This document shows, piece by piece, positions 22,401-34,619 of a stretch of DNA of 44,806 nt (position 1 is its first letter; every line of letters begins with the position of its first letter). Origin of the DNA: Batkoa obscura (taxonomy: Eukaryota); contig JASVEC010000127.1 of assembly GCA_030770535.1 (NCBI GenBank), forward strand, positions 1 through 44,806, read 5' to 3'. The notes under the pieces were generated by a model. The model was not told the DNA's origin. It saw only the letters and a list, made by a program, of their open reading frames with translations, and did no database searches. A program made the translations under genes and the position numbers.

Positions 22401-24207
22401 TTAACACTGATTTACTTTAGCATGATCAATTTTAAAAGAAACCAAAGGCCAAGCTATTACACATTCATATAATTTGTCTCTACCATAATTAAAATCAACT
22501 TGTTTTAATTGATTTAATTTTTCTTTTTCAGCTAATAAAACAGCCCCCAATAATGGTATAACTAAAAATATACTACAAAATAAAAAGGGATCCCAATAAT
22601 TATCGATCTCATGATGATATACTTTCATTATATTTAAATAAGCTAATATCATCTTAGGCTTATATATATTCTCAATTTCATTAATTCTATCTACTTGAAC
22701 TAAAGAGTGTTTCTTATCCTTTTCGATATTGGCTGTAACGATCAACGCTTGATAAGCTTCCATTTGTATCACTTGTAGCATAAGATATAATTGTAATCTC
22801 AGTAATAAGGTGTTATCTTCAATATAAGTATGTGTATTAAAATCTCTACTGTTAAACTGTAAGCTACAGACACTAGAATTACTAATTTCAATTGCATTTA
22901 AAAAAAATTGTCGATATTTTTTCAATTCTTCTTCTCCGTTTTTACCTAACATTATTTCATATTTAATTGTATAAACTTTACCCCATAAGTATACTAACCT
23001 AGGAAACTGAATCAAATGACTTAAACAGCTTTTGTTATGATGTCTAAGGTATTTATTATAATATAAGCTAGTATTAGGAGACTAAAAAATAAGCTTATAT
23101 TAATTTTGTAGTATATCATAATATTACTATTTAACTTACCTCACTGGAAGTATCTGAATCTTTATCATAAGACAACGAAGGTGGTGTCAATGATAATCCA
23201 TTACTTTTGACCGAATCTTTCCTATCAATATTCATGCTTCCATTATACACACTGTTTCTTCTACCAAAAATCTCACTATCAATCCTTTGTATTTCTTCAA
23301 TATAACTTTGTTCCAAAAATTGTGCTGGTGTCAATGTCGGTTTTTTTGTAAACATAGCTATTATTTGATCATAAAAAATACAAGTAATCCATGTAGTTAC
23401 TCTTTCAAACCTATTTTCAGTATCATTCAATTTAGTAATTGATTCAGTATAGCTGGTAAGGTTATGTAAGTTTAGGATGTGTGCTCTAGCCATGATTTTC
23501 ACATCTCTTTGGGAACATATGTCTTTTAAGTTTTGCCCAAACTCTTCAAAACCAATAAGAATTTCTGCTTGTAAGTCGGATAAGCTTTGATAACTATTGT
23601 TGTTTTGTAATAGATAGATGGCATGGTTATAAAACCTATCTTCATTTAATGGTGGATTTAAAGTGGACTTGTTTTTTATCTGTTGTAAATAACGATGCGT
23701 TTTACATAATATAGCACACATCAATGCGGAGTTGATATCCACTTCTGATTGATAAGATCGTAACTTTTCTAAGCTTATAAATGGTAACGTTGGGTGACAA
23801 TGATCAATAAAGACCCTCATTAGATAATTTAAGTATGGCTGCTTGACCCTTTTAGTCATACTTGTACCTGTATTGCTATTTATAAAATTACTTAACATAT
23901 TTTCTCTCAATTTAAAATTCATGTTGAATCCATCATTATTATTATAAAAATTATCACATCTATATTGATCAATAATACTATCAATTTTCGCACCGTTCCA
24001 TTTACTCAAGTTATCCAACCCTAACTTCTTTATTATTCCTTCAAGATAAGTCACCTTTTTTCTTATTTCTGATACTTTGACTCTAGGCTGTCTAGCTACC
24101 TCTGGATACGCACAGGACCAGTCTTTGGTATTACACCGGGTACACAAAGGTTGAACCCCATCACACTTCTTTTTATCTTTACGACAGCGTAAACAAGCAA
24201 CTACCAT
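22401..24207 (-). CDS. Zn(II)2Cys6 transcription factor with fungal middle homology region, 2 exons, ~582 aa
   Basis: ACLRCRKDKKKCDGVQPLCTRCNTKDWSCAYP. Intron 23082-23139 (GTAAGT...TTTTAG) joins ORFs 23131-24207 and 22401-23015 in frame. Confidence 0.92.
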
Positions 24208-25119
24208 TTTTTATTACGTTGTTTGAGATTGAGGAATTGAAAGCTAAAAAGTTCAAATAAAGTGCAGAAGGTTTTTTATGCTGATTTGAATGGTTGAATA
24301 TAATTCAATTTTTATAGGTGGATTTTAAATCTACTGCGTAGGGTGAGATTGTTGACCAAATCAATTAATTCTAGCATTAACTTTTTCACATTGCAGCCTT
24401 TTCTTTCATGTTTTTAAGTGTATTTATACTTATTAAAATGTCTATTGTAATCAAGAACTAATAATGGTCAACATAATACAGTTAGCTGTAATGACAATTC
24501 GTATCATTTTGACCAGAGAGCAATAGTGGAGCCTTAATAATGGATTAATTTGGAAGTATTATTTAATGCTTAGTTTTGCAAAATCTTACATAGGAAGGCA
24601 ATTTCAAAAAAGTCCCAGTTTATTGTATTTATGATTAGTGGTGGTAAAGAAGGGTCTTACTTTTTAGCCTTTTAAATATCATAGATCGATAAGCTTACTC
24701 CTAATTTGTAAAGACATTCACTTCATCTCATTAAGTTTTCCATTATATTAAATAAATCTTTTGCTATAAGTTATTAGTGAAAATGAAGTTTTTTTTTTTA
24801 ATAATCGGAGTTAAATTGTTTTTTTTGGAAAAATATGATCGGACTTATAAATTAGCGCTGAATTTAAACTTAAATTAGTTTAGATAATATTTCAAACTTA
24901 AAGACCAATTATAACATCTTAAAAGTCATTATTAAATTTAAACTTAGTTCATGAAATAGCAATAGTTTAAGATACAAGTAACAGTCATAAAGAAATGATA
25001 CAAGGGTCAATATGAACTATGAAATTTCAAAAATACAACAAAAAACTAAGCTAACTACATTTATTCATAAATAAAATATATGGCCTTCTTCTATATACAG
25101 CTCATTACTTTCTCTCATT

Positions 25120-26838
25120 TTATTTCCTCTTTCCACCCTTTCCTAAGCTATCTTCAACGAGTCCCAATAACCAAAGATTTAGTCGTACCATCATAGCAAA
25201 GCTTTCGACTTCCATCAGCCCTTTTAAATACGATTCACCTGAAAGTAAACTAGTTTGTAGCCCTGTATCTTCTTTCTTTTTATACCTTTTAACAAACATT
25301 AAACATTGAGCCAATTGAGCTATACCAAAAGTAAGCATATGAAATTTAGGTAGTAAATCAGCATACTTAATAATCTGTTGACATTGTGATAAAGTATTAT
25401 TGATTTGTTCAATATCAGCCGGTGGAGTTTCAGTAGTGGCTTTATCAGGATGAGTCGGTGTATAAAATTTTAATGAATTTATAAAATAGTTATGATAATG
25501 ATAATTAAACAATATATGATTTTTAAACTGGTTGATTATTTCTAGTTTATTTTTAACACCCTTAAAATTGCCCAATTTTGTAAACAACATCACATATTTA
25601 AAGGATATTTGTTTTAATTGATTTAATAATTCTTTGCTTTTGTTGGCTAGCTGAGAAGGCGATTGATTACAATTAATGTACTCGTTTTTTAACAGACATA
25701 AATCATATATTAAAATAGCCAACTCATTGTAATAAGAACTAAAGAGAATATGGCATACTTTAGTTAAATTCAACTCCCTCTTTCTATTGTTGTTAGTTAA
25801 TTGGGCTTGTATGGTTATAAAGACTGCCATTAAAGCTTCCGATTTAAAGGGAATAGGTAAATAATTACCAGCTAAGACATTGGAATTTAAATGTAAATAA
25901 ATTAAAGCAGAATAAGCTAATCCTCGTTCTTGATTACGAGTTTTTGATAATTTGTAACATGTTTTATGAATAGCTAAAAAAGTGGTGATCCTATAAGCCT
26001 GAGCTAGTAATTTTTCTTTTAATTTACCGAGCCATGAGAAAGAAGACAAACTAGAGATGGTGATTATTATAATTTGTAAATTTTCTAAAGTTGGTGAGAT
26101 TTTGTAACACAGGTGTAAATTGTTATATAGTTTAGCTTCAAAATACTTTAATAGCCTGGTGATAGTTGAATCAGGTTTTAACCAAGATAAACCGGAGGCT
26201 AAGATGGCTGCTTTTAATACGGTATTTTTAGTATCGAATTGAAACTCTCTTTCAATAAATAAAGGCAAAATTAAATTATTATAATCAAAATAATGTTGAT
26301 AAGCTAAATTCAAGATGGTTTGATTTTCATTAGAATGCTCAATGCTTTTCTGTTCTAATTTTACCTTTTGTAATTGTTTGCGTACAAAGATGCCCAGCTT
26401 TTCCGTTAACTTTAAAAATAAACTTATACCTTCACTAGGTTTATAGGGAGATGGATATTGAATCAATGTCATTAAATTACCCAATGCTTCTTTACGTGGG
26501 AATTGTTGCATAATGGATATAACGGTATAATTTTTATTAAAATCTTTAGGTAATCTGATCACATTAAACCGAAACTTAGTTTGATAATTGGAGTCTTCTG
26601 TTACCTTTTTTGTAATTTCAAGTTGTTCTTCAATGGGTTCATTCACTCGAAATGTGGCTACTTTATCTTCAAACTTGTATGTTTGCTTTTTATAATTCGT
26701 TTTTAAAGTATAAGTGCATGTTACTCCTCTTTGAGTACATCGTTCGCATTCTGGTAAACTACGGCAGCACTGTCGATGGATCTTTATACATTGATTGCAT
26801 CGTAATTGACTCTTACTCGGTGTTTTTAGGGTTGGCAT
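25120..26838 (-). CDS. Zn(II)2Cys6 transcription factor, intronless paralog family member 1 (572 aa)
   Basis: CNQCIKIHRQCCRSLPECERCTQRGVTC; colinear similarity to the three other paralogs. Confidence 0.92.
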   Translation of the reverse strand: MPTLKTPSKSQLRCNQCIKIHRQCCRSLPECERCTQRGVTCTYTLKTNYKKQTYKFEDKVATFRVNEPIEEQLEITKKVTEDSNYQTKFRFNVIRLPKDFNKNYTVISIMQQFPRKEALGNLMTLIQYPSPYKPSEGISLFLKLTEKLGIFVRKQLQKVKLEQKSIEHSNENQTILNLAYQHYFDYNNLILPLFIEREFQFDTKNTVLKAAILASGLSWLKPDSTITRLLKYFEAKLYNNLHLCYKISPTLENLQIIIITISSLSSFSWLGKLKEKLLAQAYRITTFLAIHKTCYKLSKTRNQERGLAYSALIYLHLNSNVLAGNYLPIPFKSEALMAVFITIQAQLTNNNRKRELNLTKVCHILFSSYYNELAILIYDLCLLKNEYINCNQSPSQLANKSKELLNQLKQISFKYVMLFTKLGNFKGVKNKLEIINQFKNHILFNYHYHNYFINSLKFYTPTHPDKATTETPPADIEQINNTLSQCQQIIKYADLLPKFHMLTFGIAQLAQCLMFVKRYKKKEDTGLQTSLLSGESYLKGLMEVESFAMMVRLNLWLLGLVEDSLGKGGKRK

Positions 26839-27221
26839 CTTTAATTTACTGAATTGTTATTTAGATCAAAAGTAAAACTTTTTTTAGAATTAGTTTGGTC
26901 ATGTTAAAGATTAGATTCAATTGAGTTTACTTTACTTTTTTCCTAAATTTAGTAGCTTCTGCTTTAGTCATCAACTTTTAACTTGTACCAATCAATTTTG
27001 GCAAGTAAAAATTTAAATAAAGTTCAAAATAAGTTTAATAATCAAATATGGTTATATTTTTTAAATAAAATAAGTAAGATACATCAAAGGTATTGTTGTT
27101 TTTGTTAAATACTTACAAACTATAAATATATATACTTAATGGTTAATATAGGTTTGGGTTATTAAATATACTCTTGTTGAAGACTCACTTTTAGAAAACT
27201 TTGCTTAAGAAAGTCAAGAAT

Positions 27222-27314
27222 AGGAAGTACTTTTTGTTAAATTTTGCTAATAATTTTTCCGCTCAAGTAGCGCTTAAAAAATGGAAAAAGTAATGAAACT
27301 AAAAAACACTCTCC
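27222..27314. mobile_element. MITE copy
   Basis: TTTTTCCGCTCAAGTAGCGCTTAAAAAATGGAAAAAGTAATGAAAC...CACTCTCC. Confidence 0.85.
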
Positions 27315-27521
27315 ATAATTGAAATTTAAGCAGTTTACTTATTTGGACAAAGGTAAGTCGAATTCTTGCTCTTAGCTACTACTCTTCCCGTTATAATTTT
27401 TGCCTTGATTTAAAAAGCTTTTACCTAGTTCATGATCTAAAAGTTTAGTCATACAATTTTAATGGTCCAATCAAGAGCCCCAAAAAGCAAAAATTGAACC
27501 AAGGTAGAAGTTACAACAGGA

Positions 27522-27619
27522 GGAAATATTTTTTTCGGTTTCATTACTTTTCCACTTTTTAAACACTATTTGAGTGAAAGTATTATTAGTAAAATTCTTA
27601 AACAAGAAAATACATCCCC
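27522..27619. mobile_element. MITE copy
   Basis: AGGA direct repeat on both sides, the clearest case for a 4-bp TSD. Confidence 0.9.
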
Positions 27620-29278
27620 AGGAACAGTAATATAATAACTTTATTATAGAACAAACAAATAATGATAAAATGATAATTTAGGTGTCTGATTTTATTATCT
27701 TATCGTTTTGTATAAATACCTTAATAACAATTATTTTTAACCTTTTATCTAGAATTTGACATTTAAATTTAATTATGTTCTACAAGGCAATCATTAGGTT
27801 ATAATAAATAATTGAAAGAAAAATAGTATACTAATTTTATTTGTTAATAAGTGACTTGACAAAATTTACCGGTTAATGTCACTATTAACAGTTTTTTCAT
27901 TAAGCCGGATCTTGATGGCTTTCCTAAACAAGTCAAATGACTTAGACTTATATTTAAAACTGTTTTGTACTTGGAATTAACTTTTTCATTCTAACATAAA
28001 AGGAAGACAACACCTTATGCAAATAAACTTATACAATGGTTAACTAAACAGCTCACTGGTATTCGAACGAATAACTAACAGTAAAGGGCATCTTTTTAAA
28101 ACATTATTTCGATAATCAAAATCAGCTCCAGAGTTTGAGTGATTTACTCTTGATGAATGGTCTAAATTGTAAAACTTTACAATATAAACAAAAAACATAA
28201 TACTGAAATCGAAATAAAATACAAATTTGATAAATCTTTATTATTAAGATATATATTGTACTAGTAAACTTTATTTCAATTTTTGAAAAAAAAAATAATG
28301 TAATGTAATAGGCTTCAGTATATCTGATTCTCTCAATTAAGGATATTAATTTATCACCTGAATCCAAATATAGGTTGGTATTTGGATTTTGGAAATCTTG
28401 CTTTAATAAGATAGGTGAATATGTTATTGATGTCAGGTTATTATAGAAAGAGCATAAAGCAGTTGTACAATGAATTTTGAAATCTTTTGGCCTTTAACTC
28501 TTTTTTAGTATTTGGAGTAAAAAGAGATAGACTTAAGCTTCATTAAGTATATCTAAATATATCAAGTATTTATCTATGTTTTTATATATTCATAGAGCTG
28601 AGTGAAAGTTCGCTATTAATAGAGAAACCGATTGTATGTAAGCTTATTTGCTGTTTAGTTCTATGTGGAAACTCAAATTCACTTCTCAACTCATCTAAAA
28701 GGTAGTCAATAAGCATTCTTTAATTTCATTATCATCCATTATAGAAATTAAGTTGAAAAGTAAGAATGTTGAATTTATTTAATGATGTTTGTTAGATTCT
28801 TTCATAAGCTCTTTATTCGAGTAAATCTAACATGGTAAGAGTTTATGTATTGCAATAATGAATAGTTTTTAGTATAAGATGATAGATCTTGTTTTTGACA
28901 TAAATTGAATTCACTGTTGCAGCCAATAACATCTGACGATTTTTCAAGTAAAATAGCACTTATAGAAAGATCTAATAGAACAAAATAATAAATTATTCAG
29001 AAAGTGTACTTTTTACTTATATAGCCAACTTACTAAAGTTAATATGCTAAAAAAGGCGCGATGACTAGGTCATATTTTATAAAAAAAACTACTAAAATAC
29101 CTTTTGCATAATCTAGGAACCTAGAAATATCGCACTTTCGAAGTTTTTTTTGGTAGTTGGAATACACAAAGTGATATATAAATATATATTTTTAACAGTT
29201 TAAATTACTTGGCAGTCGGCTAAACTCATTGCTGTTACTTGATTTTTATAAATAAAGAAAACAAATTCCTAAGCATAT

Positions 29279-29377
29279 GGGGATGTATTTTTTTGTTTGA
29301 GGATTTTATCAACGATCTTTTCGTTCAAATAGCGCTTAAAAAATGGAAAAAGTAATGAAATCAAAAGAATCATCCCC
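29279..29377. mobile_element. MITE copy
   Basis: GGGGATG...CATCCCC, ATAT TSD. Confidence 0.92.
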
Positions 29378-30470
29378 ATATCATTATTGATCTTTTAAAA
29401 TTCTTATTAAAAGTTAAGATTGAGAAGTCAATATTATTGCACTTTATACTTTTTTGATTAATTTATAGGAATCTTTATTAGACTATAAAGCTAAAGTAAT
29501 ATATCTTTTACCTAATAATTCATTATTGTTTAAAAATATCCTAAAGTGGAACTTTAGTTTTAAATTGATGCTAAAACAATGAGTATTAGATATGATAATT
29601 TACTATTGCTTTTAATATTGATACAATATACTTGAGTTTTATTCTTTTAAGGTAGGGCTTCCATGTTAGTAAATTTAAGAATACGGTTTAATAGAACTTT
29701 TCAACCAAAGTTGGGTCCAAATCTACAGAATTTATATGAAATACAGTGCAAAAAAGCAAGTACATCATAGTTTTTTTTAAAAACGGAGTTCAGAGGATTT
29801 AGCCTATAAGGTATGAGAGAAAAATTCAAACAGAGATTAGCTTTCAAGTTTAGTAAATACTCAAGGGGTTAAACTCATGTCTCTAAAGAAATAACCGAGA
29901 AAAGTTTCGAATATTCAATTTCGGCTGTTAACTGTATAGTAGACGGTGAGGTTGTTTTTGTTAACAATGGGGTATTTATATTCAAGGTAGAGAGATGTTG
30001 GTTTATAGTTAATTTGAGTCATAACTTACAATTTTTTTTAATCAACTCGATTTTATATAACATCGTATAGTAAATTTTGTATACTAACATTCATTCTAAT
30101 TTAAGTTTAAATAATAACTTTATTAAGCCAACTTTGTTTTTAATCTCCCAATATTAAATAAACCTAGACTTTATACTGACATCTAGATTTTCTTTATTAA
30201 GATCTAGATTATTTATTGTCCCCCATTAGCATCATTTGTAATCTTGCTTTTAGTTTTGACCAAAAATATAAACAGGAAAAGGATAAAGTATTTGTTTTAT
30301 CAAAACTTTAGATTAATAAATTTACTTTCGGCTAAACGGACAAATAGCGAATTAGAATATTAAAGCTCACTATCACAAAACTTTAAAAATCTTAATGAAA
30401 AGGCATTCCTATATAGTATATAAGCTAAATAAATTTATATTAAAATAGTTTTTAATTAATTTTAATTTCA

Positions 30471-32252
30471 ATGCTAAAAGCTAGTAGTACTATAACTCGT
30501 AGTCAAAACAGATGTGACAGGTGTGTCCAACTTCATCGTAAATGCGATAGATTATTGCCCAAATGTCTGTATTGTGAAAAAAGGCAAAAAGAATGCAGTT
30601 ATCCAAGTAAGAATGCATATGGTAAACAACTGTATATGATTGAGGAGAACATAATGAGTTTTAAAGTTATGGATCCACTTAAGCAAAATAATAAAAAGAA
30701 AAAGGAAAAAAGAGTTTTTGTAACGACTGTAATAAAAACGGATAGGAAAAACAAACCATACAAGTGTAGTTTAAGCTCAAAAAATAAGTCATCTGTAATA
30801 GATTTACTTAATAAATACGAGCAAGTCAAATCGCCTGATAACAATAGAGAGCTATATGCTTCCTTTGGCAACTTCCAAAATATTCACCGGATAATGAGCT
30901 TGCGCAATATAATAATTCTACCAAAGCGCTCACCTACAACAGCAGAAGCTATATACCTTTCTGCATTATTAAAATCAAGTATAAATTTAGCAGCACTTGT
31001 GCGAAAACATTGGACTGATTATTTTAGTATATTTAATTTTGAAAACATAAACTATTTTAACTCAATAATAAATAAAGCTATAGATAATTATTTTGCTTAT
31101 AACAATAAAACATTTCCCATGTTTGTAAGAGAAAATTTCAAACTATCGTCAAAGAATGAGACTTTAAGAATGGCTATACTAGTGTGTGGTTTAAAATACA
31201 TGGAGAAATGTGAAATTGCTAGTAATTTAATGGAATACTTTAAAGCTAAACTGAGGATAGTAATAGGTATACCACATCAGATTAAACCGAGCCTGAGCAA
31301 TTTACAATCAATCGCAGCATTGTTAGTAGGTTTTAGTTCTATTACTTGGATACGGGATCAATTTGAACTATATCTTGCCATATTTGAGAAGCTGGCACAA
31401 ACCCTTGGGCTACATATGACATACAAAAATATGGATACCATGTATAAGCTAGAACGTGCCATGACATATTCCTCGATTACAATGATACAACTTGCATATA
31501 AATTAGTATCCGGGAGTTATTTTTCAAAACCTGAAAGGCCTAGATATTTAAGTATAAAGTATATCGAAATTTTAGATAGGCTATTGACTTGCAAAATAGT
31601 CTCTACTGAAGATCAAAACAGTAGAGCTTTTGATCTTGATTGCAATATTATTTTAAGTTCATTTTATAACGATTTCAGCCTTATCACTTTCTCAATACTT
31701 TTACTCAAAGAAAGCCATATAGAACTGGGGAGCTGTGGTAGCTCTCTAAGTAGAACAATATTTAAACTAATGAACAAAGCAGATTTTCTGAGGAGCCATT
31801 ATTATAAACTTTTGATTTTAGTGGGAGTTATTAATAGTTCAAAAACACATCGCACTAAGGCATTGAAATATCAACAAATAATATTATTTTTTTCACACTA
31901 TTTAAAATTTATTATTCAATCTTTAAAATTCCCACAAATTTCCACTTTAAATGACTATAATCAAAGTAAAGAAATGAAAGAAACACATTATTTCAATACT
32001 ATACTAATAGAATGCTATTTAGTCATTAGTTATGGGATAAGGCTACCCTCTTATCATATGTTTCATTTTGGTCTAGGGATGATTATTCAATGCTTAATAT
32101 TCCTTTTAAAATACAAAGGTAAAAGTATGTTGAATTTTAATGGTATTATTAAAGATGGAATAAACTATATGAATGGGTTAAGCAGTATCAATAATTTCTA
32201 CAATTTAGCAACAGATAATATTGAAAGTATTGAATACTCAAAAGTAAAATAG
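30471..32252 (+). CDS. Zn(II)2Cys6 transcription factor, paralog 2 (593 aa)
   Basis: CDRCVQLHRKCDRLLPKCLYCEKRQKEC, long intact ORF. Confidence 0.92.
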   Translation: MLKASSTITRSQNRCDRCVQLHRKCDRLLPKCLYCEKRQKECSYPSKNAYGKQLYMIEENIMSFKVMDPLKQNNKKKKEKRVFVTTVIKTDRKNKPYKCSLSSKNKSSVIDLLNKYEQVKSPDNNRELYASFGNFQNIHRIMSLRNIIILPKRSPTTAEAIYLSALLKSSINLAALVRKHWTDYFSIFNFENINYFNSIINKAIDNYFAYNNKTFPMFVRENFKLSSKNETLRMAILVCGLKYMEKCEIASNLMEYFKAKLRIVIGIPHQIKPSLSNLQSIAALLVGFSSITWIRDQFELYLAIFEKLAQTLGLHMTYKNMDTMYKLERAMTYSSITMIQLAYKLVSGSYFSKPERPRYLSIKYIEILDRLLTCKIVSTEDQNSRAFDLDCNIILSSFYNDFSLITFSILLLKESHIELGSCGSSLSRTIFKLMNKADFLRSHYYKLLILVGVINSSKTHRTKALKYQQIILFFSHYLKFIIQSLKFPQISTLNDYNQSKEMKETHYFNTILIECYLVISYGIRLPSYHMFHFGLGMIIQCLIFLLKYKGKSMLNFNGIIKDGINYMNGLSSINNFYNLATDNIESIEYSKVK

Positions 32253-32629
32253 TGCCCTTTGTATTTTATCTTATTTTATTTTTTAATTCAAATAAAGGCA
32301 CTTTTATAAAGGTTTTATTGTTTATAATAAGATTTACAATGTGAAAATAAATTGAATTTTTGAATAAACTAAGATTAACTAGTTGAAAAAAATATGTTAT
32401 TAAATTATAATAAATAGGCTATTTAAAAGAATATTTTCAATAGGATATTTTGAAAGTTATTAGAGCTTTGGAAATGATGTAGGTCCCTTTTTATAATATA
32501 TCCTAGAACCAATTACTTGAAAGATGTTGTCTATATTAATGATAAAATTTTTAAAAAACCTTGGCAAAATTTCTTAACTATTTTTTGTTATTTAAGAGTC
32601 ATAACAAAGTAGTATGCAAAAATTTATCT

Positions 32630-32728
32630 GGGGATGTTTTTTCTAGCTTCATCCTTTTTTTCGTTTTTTAAGTGCTATTTGAGTGAAAGGATTGTTAGTA
32701 AAACTCTTAAACAAAAAAATACATCTCC
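32630..32728. mobile_element. MITE copy
   Basis: ATCT TSD. Confidence 0.92.
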
Positions 32729-32792
32729 ATCTTTTATCTTTTGTTGAAACGATTATTGCAGCCATGATATTTGATTCCAGATTTAAAAATAT

Positions 32793-32891
32793 GGGGATAT
32801 ATTTTTGTGTTTAAGAATTTTGCTAATAATTTTGCCACTCAAATAGTGCTTAAAAGATGGAAAAAATAATGAAGCCAAAAAAAACATCCCC
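32793..32891. mobile_element. MITE copy, inverted relative to 32630-32728
   Basis: ATAT TSD. Confidence 0.92.
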
Positions 32892-33792
32892 ATATATTAA
32901 AATGACTAATTTCAAACATTTCTCTATGTTTATAAAATTTAATAATTTAAGCTAATGTGAAAAGCTCTGATACATATTGTAAAACCCTAATGTTTAAATT
33001 ATGTTTAAGGAAAACTATAAAAGAATATTCTAGATGTCGCATAAATTATCTAATATACTTAAATTAAGAGTATACAAAGTCATATCTTTCAACTTGTAAG
33101 TTTCATTCTTTTTTTTAAAACAAATAAAATAAAACGAATAATAAAAAAGCTGACTAGTTAACAAAATATTTTAATATGCCGATTCTTTTCGTTTAAAGAG
33201 GATTGTAACTTTGGGTGTTTTATTACATTAATAATAAAATATTGGATACTTAAGTTGCCCAGATTAAGGGATAAAGTCACCAATGAAGTTCCTTTAATAA
33301 ACTGAGAATTACACAACTGATCCTTATTTTCGAAAGCAATAGGAAAGTGGAATATAGCCCACTCCACTTATGTTTTCTAAAATATTGCCCATAAATAATA
33401 TTTAGTTTAACTACGTTATGCTTCAAATTAATAAATAAACTGTTTTGGATCTTACAAAATTTACATTTTGTATTTTATATTTTATATTTTTTAAATATTT
33501 CGATTCTTTATTCTAAATATTACTTTTTCTTTTTTTACAAACTTTTATAAAATTCAACTAAGCTGAGCCAAAAATATGAATTTGTATCTTGTTATAAATA
33601 TATACATGTAATGTTCATTTTGGATTATAAAAATTAAGACATATATTTAGTATACTTAAATCATACTCCCAATGTGAACAAATATTAAGCGATATTGAAA
33701 ATGCTAAAATTTATGTTTATGTGGCTTCTCTTGGTAAATCACCTTTCTATTTATAGTGTGTTGTTTCATAATAGTATAGTAAAAATTAACAT

Positions 33793-33891
33793 GGAGCTGT
33801 TTTTTTGGTTTCATAACTTTTTCCATTTTCTAAGCGCTATTTGAGCGGGGAGATTGTTAGTAAAATTATTAAGCAAAAAAAATACATCTTC
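33793..33891. mobile_element. MITE copy
   Basis: ACAT TSD. Confidence 0.9.
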
Positions 33892-34619
33892 ACATGTTAA
33901 ACAAAATTAAGTATATTGCATTTTTATTTATAAATCATTTGAAAAATCACATAATATAATTTTTAAATTAGAATACAAACTTTCTTGTAGACATTTATTA
34001 TGGCTCTTTTTAGCTTTTATAAAACTCTCGAGACATTTTTGTAAAGCACGAAACTAAAAGTCACTTGATATATGATGGAACATTTCATTAATAATTAAAT
34101 ATGATAACAATTTCGTATTTATTATTAAATCATATGCTATTAAATCATTAGGCAGAAGTTTACAAATCCTAATAGAATTTTTTATGGCTTAACTCATGAA
34201 GGTTAAATGAGTACAAACATAGCAACTGACTCCCTTTTACACTAAATAAAAAGCCATGTATATCGTTATGGTTTTGCTTAAGTAAAATAATTGACATAGC
34301 TATGCCAATATCTGTTAAGCTGAAACTCAGAATTATCACTTCTTATAAATTTATACTATAGAGGCTATTAATAGAAATAGGAATATTTAGTGCATATATT
34401 AAATTTTTGTTAATAAACAAGATTTAAATTATAGTGTAATTACGGTAATGAATAAACTAAATAAATGTGTTATTGGCCTTGAAATAGGAATAACTGAGGC
34501 AGATTTTAGATAAATTAATCAATAAGCTTTGGATATCTAGTACCTCAAATTTTTGCGACTTTCGTAAAAGTATATTAAAACCTTTCTAACTTTTTTACTT
34601 TTTATTTTTGTAATATTGA

